Shown piece after piece: positions 58,624 to 64,000 of a DNA stretch of 64,000 bases. The stretch comes from an uncultured Actinomycetes bacterium. Its GTDB lineage: Bacteria > Actinomycetota > Actinomycetes > Streptosporangiales > Streptosporangiaceae. Position 1 is the stretch's first letter. Each line of letters opens with the position of its first letter. Below the pieces are notes generated by a model. It saw only the letters and a program-made list of their open reading frames with translations, searched no databases and was not told the DNA's origin. Made by a program: the position numbers and the translations under genes. The stretch lies in the NCBI GenBank assembly GCA_963705835.1, contig CAVPLC010000069.1:69449-133448 (forward strand), written 5' to 3'.

Positions 58624-59814
58624 ATGACGGCTGACATTCCGGGCGCGGCAGGGCCGGGCATGGCGCACGCGAGCGGGCATGGCGGCGGAGGGCACGGCGC
58701 TGGGCGACGCAACGCCGGCGAGGCGACACGCGGCGGGCAGGACGGTGCGGCCTCGGGCCGGGCGGCAACAGGTCAGGCGACACGCGGCGGGCAGGGCACC
58801 GCGGCCTCGGGCGGGGCGCGGCTGAGCGCGGCCGGGGCGGGCGGGGTGCCGCGGACGTCGGAGGTTTCGGGCGCTCCGGGCTCATCGGGCCGCAGTTCCT
58901 CGGGTCGGAGCGTATCGGGCCGGAGCGTATCGGGCCGGAGCGCTCGGGCCGGAGCGCGTCGGGCCGGACCGCGTCTGGGCCGGAGCTCGTCGAGCCCGGT
59001 CAGCTCGCGGGCTCGTACCACAGGCGCGGGCGCGGCCGTACCGACGGCGGGGCCGACGGCGGGGCCGACGGTGGGATGGCCGGGCGGCAGCGGCGCTGGC
59101 TCGGCCGGCCAGGACTCCTCGGGCCGGGGCTCCGCAGGGCTGGGCGGTACTCGGATTCCCGGCGTGACGGTCAGCAATGCGGGCGCGGGTACCCGGGCCG
59201 CCAGCGGGGCGGCGCTGCGGGCCGGGCCGCGCAACGTCAGGATCAGCACCCGGCGGTACGTGGCGCAGATTCCGCAGGCGGTGACCGCGGCGTTCATCAC
59301 GTCGGCCAAGACGCCGCTGCTGCGGTCCGAGCCGCTGTACCGGGATGTCGCGCGGAACACGGGAGTGCGCTGGCAGCTGCTGGCCGCCTGCGACTGGATG
59401 CAGTGCCAGGCCCAGCCGCGGGTCTCGCCGGTCTACGGCGAGAAGCTCGGCACCAAGAACAGCGACGGTACGGTCTACCGCACCAAGTCATCGGCGCTCG
59501 AGCAGTGCGCGCGCGACCTGATCGACCTGGCCCGGATGGTGTACGGCATCGACCTGACCGAGCGGCTCTACCTGTCGATCCGCGATCTGGCCAACGTGTT
59601 CGCCGCCTTCCGCTGGGGCGGGCTGCTGGCCGCGCACCATATCTCGTCGATGGAGTTCCCGTACTCCGTCGAAGGGCTGACCGCACATCACCTCAAGATG
59701 CGCTGGCCCGACATTCCCGATACGCCCAAGGCCGACAAGGCGGGCGCGCGGTTCCCGATGGCTTTCGGGGCGGTACCAATCGTCCTCGGCCTGGATTATC
59801 CGGCGGTGGTTTAG
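58624..59814 (+). CDS. protein with Gly/Ser/Arg-rich low-complexity N-terminal half and a conserved-looking C-terminal domain
   Basis: The C-terminal 190 aa are of normal composition (RWQLLAACDWMQCQA ... FRWGGLLAAHHISSMEFPYSVEGL). Start and frame within the low-complexity part are uncertain. An ORF in another frame (to 58634) overlaps the ATG. Confidence 0.45.
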   Translation: MTADIPGAAGPGMAHASGHGGGGHGAGRRNAGEATRGGQDGAASGRAATGQATRGGQGTAASGGARLSAAGAGGVPRTSEVSGAPGSSGRSSSGRSVSGRSVSGRSARAGARRAGPRLGRSSSSPVSSRARTTGAGAAVPTAGPTAGPTVGWPGGSGAGSAGQDSSGRGSAGLGGTRIPGVTVSNAGAGTRAASGAALRAGPRNVRISTRRYVAQIPQAVTAAFITSAKTPLLRSEPLYRDVARNTGVRWQLLAACDWMQCQAQPRVSPVYGEKLGTKNSDGTVYRTKSSALEQCARDLIDLARMVYGIDLTERLYLSIRDLANVFAAFRWGGLLAAHHISSMEFPYSVEGLTAHHLKMRWPDIPDTPKADKAGARFPMAFGAVPIVLGLDYPAVV

Positions 59815-59909
59815 GTAGCTGAGTGCACATGGCTGACACGTAGAAGGTAGGCCTCATGCTTCGCTTCATCATTCTTTGCCTGGGCATGCTCACCACCAGG
59901 GCGGGCAGG

Positions 59910-60897
59910 ATGGACACGGCTCCGCTGAGGGAGCGCCGGTACCGGGAAGAACCACGTGCGCCGGAAGAGCTTCCGGATGGCGAAGACCCGTGGATCACGG
60001 CTCCGGAGCCGCCGCGGCGCCGGGTCAGCGCGGAATCGGTGCGGCCGGACCTGGTGCCGGGCAGGCGGCCGCCGCGCCGGCGTCGCCGCCTGCCGTGGTG
60101 GGCGAAATGGGCCGCCGGCCTCGCGATCGTCGCGCTCGTCTTCCGTAAGGCGCTGGCGTTCGTGGTGATCACCGCTGCTGTCGGCGGCGCTGCACCTGGT
60201 CGGGCTCAACGTTCACCTGCCGCACATCAACCTCGCCTGGCCGTGGACCTCGATCACGGCCGGGACGACGACCGACACGAATGTCGGGCCGTGGGTGCTG
60301 CAGAAGATCGAGGGCATCTCGCGGCCGGCGCTCGGCACCGAGACGTTCAACTTCGTGTTCACCCACAAGGTCTCGAAGAACATCGGCTTCTGGCCGTGCT
60401 GGTACTCGAGCACGTTCTACGCGGTCGGCCGGGCGTCCGCCACCGTCGACCTCAACCCCGGAGCGACGTGGTGGTCGCCGTCGACCGGACATTACCGGCT
60501 GCAGGTCCTGAGCCGGCCGGTCACCGGGCAGGCCGGCCGGGTCGCCGTGACGATCGTCCTGCCGCCGCCGCAACTCCCCCAGTCCGTGCACGACATCAGC
60601 GTCGACAACACGCTGTCGCACCCGATCGACACCCAGCACAGCTGGACCTACCCCGGCTTCGGCTGCGGTGCGCTGATCAAGCCGCAGTTCTCCGAATCGG
60701 TGCTCTACGGCCAGGCGCAGAATCTCGCCTTTACCCAGGCGACGCACAACCCGCAGGTGACCAAGCCGCTCATCACGGCGGCCGAGAACGAGGCCACCCA
60801 GATCATCCGCGACAACTTCGTGCAGCCGACGGTGAACGCGCTGGGCTACACGCTCGCGTCGTTCAGCATCCGGTGGGCGGGCGCGGCCTCGCCGTGA
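59910..60897 (+). CDS. membrane-anchored protein, DUF4230-like
   Basis: Arg/Pro-rich N-terminus and a TM segment (WAAGLAIVALVF ...), then a roughly 230-aa domain (ILQKIEGISRPALGTETFNFVFTH ... ATVDLNPG). The frames join at about 60170-60178. Length is 1 mod 3. The family call is tentative. Confidence 0.55.
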
Positions 60898-60906
60898 CGG
60901 GCCGGG

Positions 60907-61944
60907 TCACAGGTGGAAGCTGCTGCCGACCGAATTGGGAACGAAGGCGGCGGGGAACCGGGCGGACATGGCGTGCTGGGCCCGCCAGCCGGTGCAGTGG
61001 GCCGGGACGAGCACGCCCGGGTTCATCGCGGCCAGTTCGTCCAGCACGCGCGGGATGAGCGGCTCGAAGATCGGGCCGTTCAGGTGGAAGCCGCCCAGCA
61101 GCGCGTACAGCGGCTCGCCGCCGCACAGCCGCCGGGCGTAACGGGCGATGTTGACCACTCCGGCGTGACCGCAACCGGTGATCACCACCAGGCCGCGGCC
61201 GCTGACGTTGACGATGAGCGCCTGGTCGTCGAGTACGAGGGGATCGGGCTGCCAGCGCTCATCGAGCCAGGCCTGCTGGGGCGGGAAACCGGGCTCGTAC
61301 CCGGTGGTGCGCGCGACCTCGCCGGTGATCAGGACGGACCGGCCGAACAGGAAGCTCGGCTGCCGCTCCTCGATGATGTCGAAGCCCGCCTCGGTCAGCG
61401 CGCGGCGGCTGGTAGTGGGGATTTCCATGGGCTCGCGCCCAGGCAGGGCGATGCGGCGGCGGCGCCAGAAGTGCGGGTGGATCAGGACCGGCATGTTGAC
61501 CCGTCCCAGCGTGCGGATCAGCCCGTCGAGCCCGGTGGTGTGGTCGAAATGGCCGTGGCTGCAGATGATGGCCTCGATCGAGGACGGATCGATGCCCAGG
61601 TGGCGCATGTTGTGCGTGACGCCGTCGGGGCTGGTGCCGGCGTCGAACAGGAACCGGTGCTCGCGACCTCCCTTCGCCACCGTGACCAGCACCGAGAATC
61701 CATGCTCGGCAAGGAGCGCGTCGGGTGCCTGCCCGCCCTCCATGACCGCCGCGGGGCACCACGGACCGGCACCGACGGCGGCCCGGCGGGCGGGTCCCTG
61801 ATCGGGCATGAAGATGTCGGTGACGTTGTCCATCAGCGTGGTCACGACCACGGAGTCGACCGGCTCCAGGTCGATCTCGATGGCCGGCTCGACGTCGTGC
61901 AGGACGGCGGCGGCCATCCCCGGGGGGCCTTCGTGGGTGCACAT
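60907..61944 (-). CDS. MBL-fold metallo-hydrolase
   Basis: Has the metal-binding motif CSHGHFDHTTG, and later ITGCGHAG and PAHCTG. Starts 4 nt after the upstream stop. Confidence 0.8.
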   Translation of the reverse strand: MCTHEGPPGMAAAVLHDVEPAIEIDLEPVDSVVVTTLMDNVTDIFMPDQGPARRAAVGAGPWCPAAVMEGGQAPDALLAEHGFSVLVTVAKGGREHRFLFDAGTSPDGVTHNMRHLGIDPSSIEAIICSHGHFDHTTGLDGLIRTLGRVNMPVLIHPHFWRRRRIALPGREPMEIPTTSRRALTEAGFDIIEERQPSFLFGRSVLITGEVARTTGYEPGFPPQQAWLDERWQPDPLVLDDQALIVNVSGRGLVVITGCGHAGVVNIARYARRLCGGEPLYALLGGFHLNGPIFEPLIPRVLDELAAMNPGVLVPAHCTGWRAQHAMSARFPAAFVPNSVGSSFHL

Positions 61945-61948
61945 GGGG

Positions 61949-63930
61949 TTACGGATCCTCTTCTGGCGGGGCCGCGGCCGGGCCGGGGTGGCCCTCGGGA
62001 TCTTGGGTCGGGGCGGGCCGCGCGGTCGCCGCGATCTCCAGGGCCTTGTCGATGTAGACGCGGTAGCCGCACTCGGCCCGGTAGCCGTGGATTTCGGGCG
62101 TGTCCAGGCTGCGCATGAACGACAGGATCTGCTTGCTGAACACCTGGCCGGGTACCAGGACGGGGAAGCCCGGCGGGTACGGGGTGACGTACGTGGTGGA
62201 CACCACCTGGTCGCCGTTCTCCACCCGCTGTTCGACCTCGTCGGGCATGAGGTACTCGCAGTAGCTGTCGTTGTAGGCCAGGTAGAAGGCGCGACGCACG
62301 TCCCCCTCGGGGGTGGGCAGGCCGTGGCCGTCGGAGAAGCTGGGGTGGAAGCCGCTGAAGTCCGGCAGCGGCGCGGAGGGGTTGGTGAGCCGGAGCACCG
62401 CGCGCTCGTGCGCGGCGCGCTCGGTCGGGCTCATGTCGGTGATCTGGGTGTCGAGGTCGCGGGCGATGGTGACCAGCACCTCGATCAGGTACGCCACCGA
62501 GCTCCGGGTCGTGCCGATGGTGGTCATGAACAGGACCGTGTTTCGCGAGGTCTTGTTGATCTGGACGCCGTAGCGGTCCATCAGGTGGCTGCGCTTGAAC
62601 GCGTCGCCCTCGATGCCGGTGGCGCCGATGTAGATGGTGACCCGGGACGGGTCCAGGACGAACTCGTCGGATTCCCAGGCCTTGATCATGTTCGGCAGCC
62701 CGGAGCGCAGCGGCTGGTCGATGCCCGAGGGCCGGAACTCGGCCGGGATCAGGTCGCCGGTGGTCAGGCAGCGCATGTACTTGGACAGCAGCGGATGATG
62801 GTCCACGGCGTCGCGGAGCCGCATCGCGTTCTCGATCTGCTTTTGCACCAGCTCGAAGCCCTCCAGGGCGGCCTGCCGCCGGCCCAGGTCCAGGGAGGCG
62901 AGGATCTGGTAGTTCGGGGACGTCGAGGTGTGCGTCATGTAGGCCTCGTGGAAGGTCTCCTCGACCTTGGTGGTGAAGTCCTGGTCCCAGACGTGGATCA
63001 TCGAGCCCTGGCGCAGCGAGGTCAGCGTCTTGTGAGTGGACTGGGTGGAGTAGACGCGGACCCGGGCGCGGGCGGGATCGGGCAGCAGCCGCCGTTCGAG
63101 CAGCACATCGTCGTCGGCGGCGTCGATCGAGCCGACCTCCTCGGCGAACTCGTCGTAGCTGGCGCGGTATTCGGGTGAGCGCAGCAGGTCGGCCAGGGTC
63201 CGCGCGGCCCGCATGGCCGTGCGCGGCCGGTAGACGGGATGGAACCTGGCGAAGGCGAACCAGGCCTCGTCCCACAGGAAGATCAGGTCGGGCTTGATCG
63301 CCAGGCACTCCTGCATCACCCGCTGCACGTCGTAGACGATCCCGTCGAACGTGCAGTTGGTCAGCAGCAGCATCCTGACCCGGTCCAGCTTGCCGGCCCG
63401 CCGCAACGCCAGCAGCTGGCTCTTGATCTCCCGCAACGGCACGCCACCGTACATCGAGTACGGGTTGAGGCGGTACGCGTCGAGGTAGGTCACCATGGCG
63501 CCCGCGAGCATCAGCCCGTAGTGATGGGACTGGTGGCAGTTCCGGTCGACCAGGACGATGTCGCCGGGCTGGACCAGGGCCTGCACCACGACCTTGTTGG
63601 CCGTGGACGTCCCGTTGGTGACGAAGTACGTCCGGCGCGAGCCGAACGTGGTGGCCGCCAGCTGCTGAGCCTCGCGCAGCGGCCCGGTGGGCTCGAGCAG
63701 CGAGTCCAGGCCGCCGCAGGTGGCCGACGTTTCGGCCAGGAAGATCTCCAGGCCGTAGAAGTCCACCATGTCCCGGATCCAGTTCGAGTTGACGATTGAC
63801 TTGCCGTGCGAGACCGGCAGCGCGTGGAACACCCCGGTCGGCCGGTGCGAGTAGCTGCGCAGCGCGGAGAAGAACGGCGCTCGGTACCGGGCCCCCGTGG
63901 AGAAAAGATCTGAATTTTATTGTGAAACAC
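61949..63930 (-). CDS. PLP-dependent Orn/Lys/Arg decarboxylase-family enzyme
   Basis: Has FHALPVSHGKS, TNGTSTANK and the PLP lysine motif STHKTLTSLRQGS. Also PYPPGFPVLVPG. N-terminal MFHNKIQIF (GTG at 63930) is one frame off PFFSALRSYSHRPTG, with the join in the CTTTTCT run at about 63897. Confidence 0.8.
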
Positions 63931-64000
63931 CCGTTGCCCGGTATCGACGATGAAATGGCTCAGTGCAAGCGGCGCTCCTACGAATAATGTTAAGAAATCT

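Noticed and set aside
57358-58695. 445-aa minus-strand ORF opposite the cell-wall hydrolase gene
   Set aside because: The translation is an Arg/Pro/Ser-rich low-complexity sequence with repeated RRSPS units produced by the complementary G-rich repeats. The + strand carries clear CHAP and glucosaminidase motifs.

Overview
High-GC (about 70-73% in most genes) actinomycete-type chromosomal segment with about 50 protein-coding genes. I recognised no rRNA, tRNA, CRISPR array, integrase or transposase.

Layout:
- 0-4.3 kb: membrane and hydrolase genes.
- 4.3-11.1 kb: accessory stretch where GC drops to about 45-60%. It carries a sacsin/Hsp90-like GHKL ATPase, a relic gene tail, and a compact S8 peptidase + large alpha/beta-hydrolase + SIR2-like module. 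This module is my best candidate for an undescribed conflict or defence system.
- 11.3-16 kb: acyl-CoA ligase and a large LuxR (LAL-type) regulator.
- 16.1-22 kb: homoprotocatechuate meta-cleavage cluster with a FAH-RraA(-ALDH) fusion ORF and a GntR regulator.
- 22-28.7 kb: assorted enzymes and a permease, with a rearrangement scar.
- 29-33 kb: pspA, a glutamic (G1) peptidase and a Ser/Thr kinase.
- 35-40 kb: operon with FAD oxidoreductase, DUF1990-like protein, two STAS proteins, an RsbW-like kinase and a GAF-PP2C phosphatase.
- 40-48.6 kb: SARP, ECF-sigma fusion and MalT-like regulators.
- 51.5-53.6 kb: NB-ARC ATPase with a membrane-anchored extracytoplasmic tail.
- 55.6-60.9 kb: four-gene cell-wall hydrolase cluster.
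- 60.9-63.9 kb: MBL hydrolase and a PLP decarboxylase.

Two signals run across the whole window:
1. A short dispersed repeat (T-rich arm + CCGAACGGWCC-N4-GGTTC core) occurs at least 7 times, mostly at gene 3' ends.
2. At least 11 genes need one reading-frame shift, nearly always net +1 nt, to give a full-length product. This looks like insertion-type assembly error rather than biology, and it limits every pseudogene call here.

All family assignments come from motif recognition by eye. No searches were run.
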